Source: Longimicrobiales bacterium
GTDB taxonomy: Bacteria > Gemmatimonadota > Gemmatimonadetes > Longimicrobiales > Gaopeijiaceae
Length of the DNA stretch: 64,000 bases
Assembly: GCA_965204735.1 (NCBI GenBank)
Contig: OZ242008.1
Location: 3,008,001 to 3,072,000, forward strand
Direction of reading: 5' to 3'
The notes under the pieces were generated by a model. It searched no databases, was not told where the DNA came from, and was given only the letters and a program-made list of their open reading frames with translations. Position 1 is the first letter of the stretch; each line of letters starts with the position of its first letter. Positions 49,359 to 58,310 of this stretch are shown in pieces. Both the position numbers and the translations under genes were made by a program.

Positions 49359-49375
49359 CGGGTCTTGGGCCGAGT

Positions 49376-49523
49376 GACGGGCCCTGGCGCGCGCGCAAGC
49401 GGCCAAGACCTGAGCCAGCGGGCGGCTGCTGGTCCTGACGGGCCCTGGCGCGCGCAAGCGGCCAGCGAGTTGTGGCCCGGCGGCTCCGCGAACCGGACGG
49501 GCCCTGGCGCGCGCGCAAGCGGC
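49376..49523. repeat. Three 26-28-bp direct repeats separated by two 33-bp spacers (CRISPR-like mini-array, no cas genes)
   Basis: GACGGGCCCTGGCGCGCG(CG)CAAGCGGC at 49376-49403, 49437-49462 and 49496-49523. Confidence 0.8.
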
Positions 49524-49607
49524 GGTTGCGGCGGTGGCCTTCGTCGGCCGGCCGGCGGCTCCTCCACTTCCCGTTTCGGCGCCCGGGGGATACCTTCCAA
49601 CGCCACT

Positions 49608-49681
49608 CGGGACGTGGCGCAGTCCGGTAGCGCACCTGAATGGGGTTCAGGGGGTCGCCGGTTCGAATCCGGCCGTCCCGA
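49608..49681 (+). tRNA. tRNA-Pro(GGG), CCA not encoded
   Basis: Acceptor CGGGACG/CGTCCCG, D arm GCGC/GCGC, anticodon arm CCTGA-ATGGGGT-TCAGG, T arm GCCGG-TTCGAAT-CCGGC. Confidence 0.96.
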
Positions 49682-49716
49682 CTATGGCGTCCCCGACGCC
49701 TCCGGTCCTTCCGTTC

Positions 49717-51021
49717 CTACCGCAGCTCCTCCGGAATCCGCTTCACCACGACGGTAGGCACGTCGAACGCGTCGATCTCGACGAACGCGGCCAGACCGTC
49801 CGGTCCCAGGGCAAGGGGCATGTCCATGGCGTCCTGGGCGAACGTTCCCAGGTACTCGCCGGCGGTCGTCAGCACGTCTATGGGTCCCGGGGCGTCGTCT
49901 TCCCACGGCTCGTCGCCCGAGCGCGCGACCCAGATCGAGCGCTCCCACCCGGCCTTGAGCTCGGTCACGACCGGCGCTTCGTGATAGAAGCGCATCTGCG
50001 CAAGCTGCTGCTCCATGAACGGTCCCAGCATCGCCTGCATCTCGGCCAGGTCCTCGTTTTCCTCGATCTGACGGCGGAACGCTTCCTTCGCGGAAGCGCG
50101 CATCTCGCTGGTGACTTGGCGGGGCGCGAAAGGGCGACGCAGCACCCGCGCGATCCGGCCGGCGCCGTCGGCAACCTTGATCGCGTAGGCCGACGAATCC
50201 GAGACGGCGAAGATGCCGCCGGGCAGCGCGTCGTAGTGGACCTCGGGCTCGAACGCCCGCACTCCGCCGCCGAAGGCCATGGTGAACCCCCCGACGTTCA
50301 TCTCGGCGTCCTCGTCCGGCTCGGGCGCCCAGGCGACGAGCAAGGTGTCGATCTCCACCTCGTCGCCTTCGAGGCCGATGCGCTCGATCGCTCGTCCGCG
50401 CAGCTCGGCGGTCGCTTGCCCCGATTCGATTTCGGACACGTCCAAGCTCATCACGTTCAGCGAGATCAAGACGGGCTCGGTTCGGTCTCCTCGGGCGCTC
50501 CGCCCCATGTTCGCCATGGCGGCCATGACGCCGCTCCCGCCGCCCAGCCTCACCATCCCTTCGAACGCTCCTTCGGCGCTGAAGAGTTGGTAGGCGTTGT
50601 GCTGGCCGTCGAAGGCTGCGACTCGCCCGTCCGCAAGGACTGCAAAGTGGGTGAGCATCGTGAACTCGCCAGGTCCTTCGCCCTGTCCCCCGACCTCGCG
50701 CACGGACCCGCCGCCGGCCTCGACGGCCAGGAGCCTTGTCGTCTCGGCGATGTCCAGCAAGTACAGCACGCCGTCGCGATCGAACTCGCCTCTCACGATC
50801 CTGCTGAACAGGGTGCCCGAGTCCACGCGGTACGCCTCCTCGAAGGAGTCGGGCGACAGCAGGCGGTCCTCCGCCGGAAGGTCGACGATCTCCTGGGCCT
50901 CGAGGACGCCGGTCCAGGCCCAGGGGAGCGACGGCGGGGCAACGGGGCTCGCCAGGACGCAGGCGCAGGCGCAGGCGAGAACGAAGGCGACGGAAGGCGG
51001 CTTGGGAGAGGGGAAAGTCAT
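49717..51021 (-). CDS. Secreted 6-bladed beta-propeller (NHL/TolB-like) protein
   Basis: Signal peptide, VGGQGEGPGEF motif, C-terminal PIDVL..GEYLGT..FDVPTVVVKR. Confidence 0.75.
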   Translation of the reverse strand: MTFPSPKPPSVAFVLACACACVLASPVAPPSLPWAWTGVLEAQEIVDLPAEDRLLSPDSFEEAYRVDSGTLFSRIVRGEFDRDGVLYLLDIAETTRLLAVEAGGGSVREVGGQGEGPGEFTMLTHFAVLADGRVAAFDGQHNAYQLFSAEGAFEGMVRLGGGSGVMAAMANMGRSARGDRTEPVLISLNVMSLDVSEIESGQATAELRGRAIERIGLEGDEVEIDTLLVAWAPEPDEDAEMNVGGFTMAFGGGVRAFEPEVHYDALPGGIFAVSDSSAYAIKVADGAGRIARVLRRPFAPRQVTSEMRASAKEAFRRQIEENEDLAEMQAMLGPFMEQQLAQMRFYHEAPVVTELKAGWERSIWVARSGDEPWEDDAPGPIDVLTTAGEYLGTFAQDAMDMPLALGPDGLAAFVEIDAFDVPTVVVKRIPEELR

Positions 51022-51263
51022 CGGCGTGTTCCTTGGTGGGGCGTGGTCGGGGGAAGAAGCCGGCTGGAGCGGAAGCGAGGGCAGGCGCCCTAGTCGGCTT
51101 CGCGAACGGCGGCATCCTAACACCAAGGGCATCAAGGTGCGATCATCGCGGTGGGCGGCAAACGCAACCTCCCCGACCCCGACCGGCAGCGCCGGCGACA
51201 AGCACTTGTACAGGCGATCGGACGCACTGGCGCGACCGCGGTGCGCGATCCATAATGCGCTTG

Positions 51264-51374
51264 GCCAGGGGGTCCGGTCCGGCGAGGTCAGGGCCGTCCG
51301 GTTCCGCCAAGCCCGGGGCCGTCCGGTTCCGGCGAGGCCAGGGCCGTCCGGTCCCGCCAAGGGGTCGGTTCAGG
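51264..51374. repeat. About 24-bp imperfect tandem repeat (4-5 units) upstream of the amidohydrolase
   Basis: GGGCCGTCCGGT(T/C)CCG core alternately followed by GCGAG or CCAAG; CATAAT -10-like box at 51251. Confidence 0.7.
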
Positions 51375-51429
51375 GAACTTGCGCCCTTTGGGCCGCTTGG
51401 CCGCGGATTCGTCAACGAGAGAAGGAGCC

Positions 51430-52920
51430 ATGGCAACGCACACGACCAAGAAAACCCGCGGAGCAGCTTCGGCTGCGGTCCTCTCCGTCCTGCCGACCGT
51501 CCTGGCGGCCGGGCTCGCCGGCATCGGCGCGTCCGCCTCGGCCTCCGTCCCCACGTCCGCTTCTGCTCAGCGGCCCGTCCCCGGCTCCCAGGCCGCGTCC
51601 TACGTGGCCGTGAACGCCGAGACCGTGGCGCTGCGGGGCGTCACCGTGCTGGACGGCACGGGCGGGCCGGCGCTGCGCAACCGGACGGTCGTGATCACGG
51701 GGAACCGGATCGCCGCCGTCGGAGACGCCGAGCAGATCGACGTCCCGGAGGGCGCGGAGGTGCTGGAGCTGCCCGGCCACACGCTCGTTCCGGGGATGGT
51801 GGGGCTGCACAACCACCTGTACTACACGGCCGCCGGGGGCCGGGCCGCCCAGCTCACCTACAGCGCGCCGAGGCTCTACCTGGGAAGCGGGGTGACGACG
51901 GTGCGCACGACGGGCAGCCGCCAGCCCTTCGCCGAGATCAACCTGCGGGAGGAGATCGAGAAGGGGAACGTGCCGGGTCCGCGCATCCACATCACCGCGC
52001 CCTACATCACGGCCGGGGGCGGCGTGTCCACCATGACGATGCTGGAGTCGCCCGAGCAGGCCCGGCGCTTCGTCCGCTACTGGGCCGCCGAAGGCGCCAC
52101 GTGGCTGAAGGCGTACACCAACATCCGCTCCGACGAGCTGGGCGCCGCAATAGACGAAGCGCACCAGCAGGGGATCAAGGTGACGGGCCACTTGTGCTCG
52201 ATCAGCTTCACCGAGGCCGTAGCTCTGGGAATCGACAACATCGAGCACGGCCTGCCCACCAACAGCGACTACTCGCCGGACCGCGCGAAGGACGAGTGCC
52301 CGTCGGGACTGCTGGCGTCCGCAACCCAGGTGGACATTGCGAGTCCCGAAGTCGCCGAGACGTTCGGAGCGATGATCGAGGCCGGCGTGCCGATGACATC
52401 CACGCTGGCCGTGTACGAGCTCTTCTTCCAGGGTCGGCCCGTGCAGGACCAGCGCACCTTGGACGCCATGGCGCCCGCCGTCCGCGAGGACTACCTGGCC
52501 AGCAAGGCCCAGATCGACGAGACCGGCTACCCGGTCGAGTGGCTGAAGAACGCCATGGCCTACGAGAAAGCCTTCCACGACGCCGGCGGCGTCCTGGCGG
52601 CCGGCGTGGACCCCACAGGCAACGGCGGCGCGCTGCCCGGCTACGGCGACCAGCGCAACTACGAGCTGCTGATCGAGGCCGGCTTCTCGCCTGCCGACGC
52701 CGTGAAGGTCCTCAGCGCGAACGGCGCCCGCGTGCTGGACGTCTTCGACGACTTGGGCACGGTCGAGGTCGGCAAGATCGCCGACCTGGTCGTCCTGAGC
52801 GGCGACCTGACCGCCGCCCCGTCGGTCGTCCGCAACGTCGTGCTGGTCTTCAAGGACGGCGTGGGCTACGACTCGCCCAAGATGCTGGAGGACGTGCGGG
52901 GAAGGGTGGGGATCAGCTGA
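51430..52920 (+). CDS. Amidohydrolase-family protein with signal peptide
   Basis: RBS AAGGAG, PGMVGLHNH, GVTTVRT, TGH, IEHG, AGVD, GTVEVGKIADLVV. Confidence 0.9.
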   Translation: MATHTTKKTRGAASAAVLSVLPTVLAAGLAGIGASASASVPTSASAQRPVPGSQAASYVAVNAETVALRGVTVLDGTGGPALRNRTVVITGNRIAAVGDAEQIDVPEGAEVLELPGHTLVPGMVGLHNHLYYTAAGGRAAQLTYSAPRLYLGSGVTTVRTTGSRQPFAEINLREEIEKGNVPGPRIHITAPYITAGGGVSTMTMLESPEQARRFVRYWAAEGATWLKAYTNIRSDELGAAIDEAHQQGIKVTGHLCSISFTEAVALGIDNIEHGLPTNSDYSPDRAKDECPSGLLASATQVDIASPEVAETFGAMIEAGVPMTSTLAVYELFFQGRPVQDQRTLDAMAPAVREDYLASKAQIDETGYPVEWLKNAMAYEKAFHDAGGVLAAGVDPTGNGGALPGYGDQRNYELLIEAGFSPADAVKVLSANGARVLDVFDDLGTVEVGKIADLVVLSGDLTAAPSVVRNVVLVFKDGVGYDSPKMLEDVRGRVGIS

Positions 52921-52996
52921 CTGCCGCGGAGCGCGGCAACTGCTTCGGACCGATCGGCCGCCGCCGTGTGGGAGCGCGAGCCCTCAGCCCGAGCCC

Positions 52997-54337
52997 TCAG
53001 CCGCTGATGTTCTCGTTGCCCTTGACCTCGATCTCGGGGAGCTGGAAGCAGGTGAGGTTGCCGTACTCGGCGCCCGTCTGGTCGCGGCCGTCGGGGTGGA
53101 TCGAGCCGGGGTCGCCCAGGAAGGGGATGTCGAAGCGCAGCATGTCGTGCAGGCGGTGGCCGCCCAGCACGAAGAGCTGGCGACGCCGCTCCTCCTTCAC
53201 CAACTCCATGATCCCGTCGGCGGGGACCGCCGCGGCGTCCACCTCCGGCAACATGGCGTCCGTCCGGAGCACGTTGATCTTGGCCACCGCACCCGCCACG
53301 TCACCCTTCATCGCCAGCGCCTCCGCCTCGTAGATGCGGGCTTCGTGCCAGTGGACCAGCGGCAGCGGGTCGGCGCGAGAGTTGTACTTGTCGTGGTACC
53401 AGAGGATCGTGGCGAAGTCGGCCGCCTGGGTGTTGTCGGTCTTGACGTTGACCCGGACGTCCTTCGTCTCGCCGCCCTCGGTCGGCATCCCGCCGTCGCC
53501 GATCGACAGGTCCTGGTAGTCGTCGGCCACCGAGCCGTGGGCGCGGAAGCCGTCGGGGGCGTTCAGGCGCTCGTAGTAGTAGTTGTAGCGTCGAGCCTCG
53601 GCCGCGTCGCGGGTCACCATCACCACGAAGTCGTCGGGAATCGCGCTGGCGTCGGCCAGGACGCCGTCCCAGTTGCCCATCGCCAAGCGCACCCGGGCCC
53701 GGCCCAGCTTGGCCTGCATCGCCAGGTTCATGTCCCCGGCCGCCTCGGCCAGGGAGATCGCCTGGGTGAAGCGGCTCTCGGCCTCGGTCCGGACCTGGGC
53801 CGGCGTCAGCTCGGAACCGCCGTCGATGGCCATGGAGCAGAACCCTTCGCCCATCGCCACGAGCGGGAAGGCGCCCCACACTGCGACGGTCGCCTGCAAC
53901 TGCCCCAAGGCGGCCACGTCTTCCGCCGAGAACTCCGAGAGTCTCGCCATCACGTCCTGCGACTGGAAGCGGGCGGTGTGGAGGGGCGTGAACATGGGGT
54001 ATCCCCATCCGCCGCAGGTCCCCTTCGAGTAGCCCGCGTCGCTGGCGTATATCTTGCGCTGCCCCCAGTTCCTCATAGTGAGGTTCCCGGAGGTGGGCAC
54101 GTACTCGTCGGAGTGGTGCGCGGCGCCGGCCACGTACTGGTTCCAGCTGCACTCCACCTCGGCCACGACGCCCGTGGCGAGCACCTCCGCCAAGGCCGGG
54201 CGCGACAGGTCCTCTTCCAGCACCTTGCCGGGCACGTGGACCGACAGGATCTCGTCCAGGCTGCACGCGGAGACGAGAGGCGCCGCCGCCAAGCAAGCGA
54301 CCGCCGCCGACCTTTTGATTCTCGATTGCGTAGTCAT
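52997..54337 (-). CDS. RagB/SusD-family outer-membrane lipoprotein
   Basis: Lipobox VSAC, C-terminal EAEA..INVLR..EERRRQLF..GHRLHD; lies downstream of SusC. Confidence 0.88.
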   Translation of the reverse strand: MTTQSRIKRSAAVACLAAAPLVSACSLDEILSVHVPGKVLEEDLSRPALAEVLATGVVAEVECSWNQYVAGAAHHSDEYVPTSGNLTMRNWGQRKIYASDAGYSKGTCGGWGYPMFTPLHTARFQSQDVMARLSEFSAEDVAALGQLQATVAVWGAFPLVAMGEGFCSMAIDGGSELTPAQVRTEAESRFTQAISLAEAAGDMNLAMQAKLGRARVRLAMGNWDGVLADASAIPDDFVVMVTRDAAEARRYNYYYERLNAPDGFRAHGSVADDYQDLSIGDGGMPTEGGETKDVRVNVKTDNTQAADFATILWYHDKYNSRADPLPLVHWHEARIYEAEALAMKGDVAGAVAKINVLRTDAMLPEVDAAAVPADGIMELVKEERRRQLFVLGGHRLHDMLRFDIPFLGDPGSIHPDGRDQTGAEYGNLTCFQLPEIEVKGNENISG

Positions 54338-54357
54338 CCTTGCGTCTCCTCGTCTCG

Positions 54358-57300
54358 CTAGAAGGTGAACCGGAACGTGGTCAGGAACCGGGTGAGCTGG
54401 GGCCAGCCCTCCTGCAGGTAGCCGTTGAGCCCGAACTGTCCCGTGCCCTGGTGGTTGCGCTCGATGTCCATGATCGGGTGTCCGAAGGAGTGCTTGGCCT
54501 TCTGCCAGATCGTCCACACGTTCTCCACCGAGGACGTCACCATGATCCGGCTCGCCCGCATCCGGGCCGCCAGCGAAGAAGGCAGCGTGTACGACGCCGA
54601 CACGGTGCGCAGCTTCAGGAAGTCCCCCGGCACGACGCCGGACTGGGCCAGGCCGTTGGAGCCCAGCGCCTCGTACCCCAGCAGGATCGGGTCCGTCCGC
54701 TCCAGGATGGCCCTCGAGTTGAGGAAGAAGCGGTGCTGGGCGCTCACGTCCCCCAGGCTCATGTGGTGGCCGCCCATGTAGTCCACCAAGGCGTAGAGGG
54801 AGAGGTCTCCGATCCTCATGTCGGCGTAGAAGCCGGCCTCGCGGGTCGGGATCGGCTGTCCCCAGTACACTTCCGGCGCGTCCGCGCAGGGCACCGGAGC
54901 GCCGCCGCCCCACGAGAAGTTGGAGTTGGGTTCCGTGACGCCGCCTTCGCACATCAAGTTGACGGCCACGTTGCGGCCGCTGCTGCCGTCCAGATCGGCG
55001 CTCAGGACGCGCCGGTAGAACATCGACCCCAGGGGGAAGCCCTCCACGTGATACTGGCGGTTGAGGCTCGACGAGCTCTGGGTGATGCTCGCTTCGCCGC
55101 CCAGGGACGTGACCTCGTTCGAGAGGGTGGAGAAGGTGGCGCCCAGGCCGACGCTCATCCTGTCGGACTGGTAGACGGTCCCGTTGATCCCCAGCTCGAT
55201 CCCCCGGTTGACGACTTGCCCGATGTTGCGGAGCTGGACGCCGGGGAAGCCGATCGAAGGGATCACGGGCACTCGCACCAGCGCGTCGTTGGTGGTCTGG
55301 TCGAACCAAGTGAACTCCAAGGCGACCTGATCGTCGAGCAGGCCCATGTCGAAGCCGATCTCGGTCTCGCTGCCGACCTCGGGCTTGAGCTGGGGGTTGC
55401 CGATGTTCTCCGGCGTCAGCACCGAAGCCGCCTCGGGACCCACCGTGGGCTCGTAGGTCCGAATGGCGTCGAAGACGTCCGGCTGCTTGCCCGCCTTCCC
55501 CCAGGCGAAGCGCAGCTTCAGCGTGTTGACGAAGTCCATCGAGTTCCGGAAGAAGTCTTCGTCGCTGATCACGTAGGACGCCGAGAACTTGGGGTAGACG
55601 ACGAAGTCGAAGTCCTTCCCGAAGGCGCTGTTGTCGTCGCCCCGGACGGCGCCCGTGAGGAAGAGCTTGTCGTCCCAGCCGACCTGCTGCTGCACGAAGG
55701 CGCCGAAGGTCTTGTTCTCCAGGAAGTCCTCGTCCGCCTGCTTCTCCGAGCCGGAGGTGACCGTCTCCAACGCCTCGACGGGGAAGCGCTCGCCGTGGGC
55801 CCGGGTCGACTCCTCGCGACGCGAGTAGTACTGAACGCCGCCGGAGGTGGTCAGGTCCATTCCGGCGAAGGGGTTCCACGTCGCGTTGGCCTGGTAGTCC
55901 AGCGAGTAGTAGGCGGTGCCCAGGCTGATGATCGTCTTGCGGCCCCAGGGGGTGAACTGGCCGATGTTGCCCGTCGCCCGGTACAGCTCGGAGTTGCTGA
56001 CTTCGGAGAAGTCGCCGCCGGTGATGACCCGGTGGTTGAGCCAATCGAAGGGCGCATGGTTGAACTCCAGGGAGAACGTGGTGCGGTCCACGTTCTGGAA
56101 GCCTTCGATCTCGTTCTCGTAGGCCTCGGGCAAGTAGGCGATGTAGCCCCGGTACGGCCCGTCCAGGCGGCTGGGCGCGTTGGTGTCGCCAGCCTCGCAA
56201 CCGGGGGACGGACACGCCCAGATGATCGCCGTCGGCAACGGCTGCTGGGCCGACGCGGACTGGGCTCGGCTGCGAATCGCCCCTAGCCCGAACTTGGCCT
56301 GGATCGTCTCGTTCGGCGTGTAGGTGACGTTGGCGCGTCCGCTCATCCGGTTCCGCCAGTTGTACACGACAGGGCCCTCGTCCCTGTCCCAGTCCGCGGA
56401 GACGAAGTAGGCGATCTGCTGGCTGCCGCCGTTCACGTCGGCCCCGTAGGACTGGGAGTGGCCTCTTCTGAACCATTCGTTGCCGTAGATGTCCCGGTCG
56501 ATCTCGAGGATGTTGACCGGGGTGACCTCGCCCGGCGTGCACTTCAGCCGGGGGTCCACGTCCACGTCGGCGGAGACGCCGTTGCACATGTACCAGGCCT
56601 CGGGGAAGAGGTTGTACACGTCCGGGTAGAAGTTGGCGCCCTGCTTGATGGTGACGTTGATCCTCGGCGACCCGATGCGCCCCTTCTTGGTGATGATGTT
56701 GATCACGCCGTTGGACGCTTCCGTGCCGTAGAGGGTCGCCGCGGCCGGTCCCTTGATGATCTGGATGTCCTCGATCTCGTCGGGGTTGAAGTCCGAAATG
56801 CGGCTCGGTTGGCTGCTGCCTCGGAAGCCGGTGGAGCCGAAGGCCGAGTTGGCTTCTTGGCCGTTGACCCGCACGCCGTCCACGTACAGGAGCGGCTCCG
56901 CGCCCAGGGAGAGGCTTGCGACGCCCCGGATGCGGGTGGTGCCGCCCGTGCCGATCTCGCCGCTGCTGAGGGAGACGCGCACGCCGGGGACCGTGGCGCT
57001 GATCATCCGCTGCACGTCCATGGCGGGCGCCAGCTCCTCCAGCTTGGCCACGTCCACTTGGCCAAGGGAGTTGCCGATCGCCCGGGCCTGCTGCTCGCCG
57101 GCGACGCCCGTCACCACGATCTCGTCCAGGGAGATCGCCGTCTCCGTGAGCTCGACGGTGACGGCCTCGCCCGCCGTGGCAGCGGCCGTGGCTTCGCGGT
57201 AGCCGATCATCACCACCCGAAGCGTGACCGTCGCCGACGGCGCGTTCAGGATGAGGAAGCGGCCCCGGTTGTCGGTGAGGGCGCCCTGCTCCGTGCCCTC

Positions 57301-57522
57301 GATCACGACCTGGGCGCCGGAGAGGGGCTGCTGGGTGGCGCCGTCCACCACGGTTCCCGTGACCGGGTTCTGGGCCGAGATCGACGCAGGGAGCGTTGCC
57401 GCCGCTCCTGCCGCCACCGCCGCGAGAAGCGCCCGTCGGGCTCGGAAGCGGGCGACCCGCCTCGGTGCAGCGACATCGCCCCTTGGGTGCTGGGCGACTT
57501 CGGAAGCTGGCGTGCGTCTCAT
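54358..57522 (-). CDS. SusC/RagA-family TonB-dependent receptor
   Basis: CarboxypepD_reg N-terminus, PLLYVDGV, IIKGPAAATLYGTEASNGVINIITKKG, GNPQLKPE, C-terminal Phe. Confidence 0.93.
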   Translation of the reverse strand: MRRTPASEVAQHPRGDVAAPRRVARFRARRALLAAVAAGAAATLPASISAQNPVTGTVVDGATQQPLSGAQVVIEGTEQGALTDNRGRFLILNAPSATVTLRVVMIGYREATAAATAGEAVTVELTETAISLDEIVVTGVAGEQQARAIGNSLGQVDVAKLEELAPAMDVQRMISATVPGVRVSLSSGEIGTGGTTRIRGVASLSLGAEPLLYVDGVRVNGQEANSAFGSTGFRGSSQPSRISDFNPDEIEDIQIIKGPAAATLYGTEASNGVINIITKKGRIGSPRINVTIKQGANFYPDVYNLFPEAWYMCNGVSADVDVDPRLKCTPGEVTPVNILEIDRDIYGNEWFRRGHSQSYGADVNGGSQQIAYFVSADWDRDEGPVVYNWRNRMSGRANVTYTPNETIQAKFGLGAIRSRAQSASAQQPLPTAIIWACPSPGCEAGDTNAPSRLDGPYRGYIAYLPEAYENEIEGFQNVDRTTFSLEFNHAPFDWLNHRVITGGDFSEVSNSELYRATGNIGQFTPWGRKTIISLGTAYYSLDYQANATWNPFAGMDLTTSGGVQYYSRREESTRAHGERFPVEALETVTSGSEKQADEDFLENKTFGAFVQQQVGWDDKLFLTGAVRGDDNSAFGKDFDFVVYPKFSASYVISDEDFFRNSMDFVNTLKLRFAWGKAGKQPDVFDAIRTYEPTVGPEAASVLTPENIGNPQLKPEVGSETEIGFDMGLLDDQVALEFTWFDQTTNDALVRVPVIPSIGFPGVQLRNIGQVVNRGIELGINGTVYQSDRMSVGLGATFSTLSNEVTSLGGEASITQSSSSLNRQYHVEGFPLGSMFYRRVLSADLDGSSGRNVAVNLMCEGGVTEPNSNFSWGGGAPVPCADAPEVYWGQPIPTREAGFYADMRIGDLSLYALVDYMGGHHMSLGDVSAQHRFFLNSRAILERTDPILLGYEALGSNGLAQSGVVPGDFLKLRTVSASYTLPSSLAARMRASRIMVTSSVENVWTIWQKAKHSFGHPIMDIERNHQGTGQFGLNGYLQEGWPQLTRFLTTFRFTF

Positions 57523-57755
57523 TGCGATCGATCTCCTGTCTGGGAAGTGGCGGGAACGATCCGTCCTGCCAGGACGGCCGCAACATTAGTAGGCGACACG
57601 AGCGGGGTGCGCAAGCAGGACGGTCTGCGACAAAGCAAGTCGGCATGCCGACGGCCGAAGCGCACTGCGACTGGACGGCCTTTGGGCGACGGCGTGAAGC
57701 GAGTAGGGGAAACGTCGTTTTTGGAGGCGGTCGTTTGGGAGGCGGAGTCCGTCGC

Positions 57756-58124
57756 CTACCCGCCCTTGGCAGCCATGAATCGACGGTTCATCTCGGCCTT
57801 GATCTCCTGACGCTCCGCCTTCGCCTCCGCCCTGATCTCGTTGCGGTCCTCCCTCGCCGCCCTCTCGATCCGCCAGCGATCCTCTCTCGCCGCCCTCTCG
57901 ATCCGCTGGCGCTCCTCCCGCGCCTCTCTCGCGATCCGCCAGCGGTCTTCCCTCGCCGCCCTCTCGATCCGCCGGCGGTCCTCCTTCGCCTCTTCGAACC
58001 CACGGCTCACGATCTTGGCGAGAGCGGCCAACCCCTTCTCAATGAAAGCCCTCAGCCTCCAGGCTGCCCCTGCGACGGCAACCACGCCCATCAAGACGAA
58101 AGTGAACTCGCGCGTCCATTCCAT
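57756..58124 (-). CDS. Small membrane-anchored coiled-coil protein with 11-aa (33-bp) repeats
   Basis: RBS AAGGAGG, N-terminal TM helix, (EDR.RIERAAR)n. Confidence 0.7.
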   Translation of the reverse strand: MEWTREFTFVLMGVVAVAGAAWRLRAFIEKGLAALAKIVSRGFEEAKEDRRRIERAAREDRWRIAREAREERQRIERAAREDRWRIERAAREDRNEIRAEAKAERQEIKAEMNRRFMAAKGG

Positions 58125-58310
58125 CGGTCGATCCTCCTTGTCGGCGACTTGGGCTGGACGCTAACCACCCGTGGACCCAGAGAGAAGGGTCGCGGGCTCC
58201 CGGCGGAGGGACCTCGGCGGGAGGCTCCCGGCCGCCTTTCGCCCAGCCGGAACGGCCGTAGGTTCGGAGTGAGCCCACGAAGATCGAGACCCGCATCCCG
58301 GAGGTCCCAC

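Noticed and set aside
49376..49523. Bona fide CRISPR array
   Set aside because: Only three repeats, spacers partly similar to each other, no cas genes or AT-rich leader. Kept as a repeat and a tentative finding.
49608..49716. tRNA-Pro as an integration site
   Set aside because: No integrase nearby, and I did not see a duplicated tRNA 3' end in the window.
52997..57646. 1549-aa apparent SusC-SusD fusion
   Set aside because: Off-frame read through susC. SusD has its own start and lipobox at 54337.
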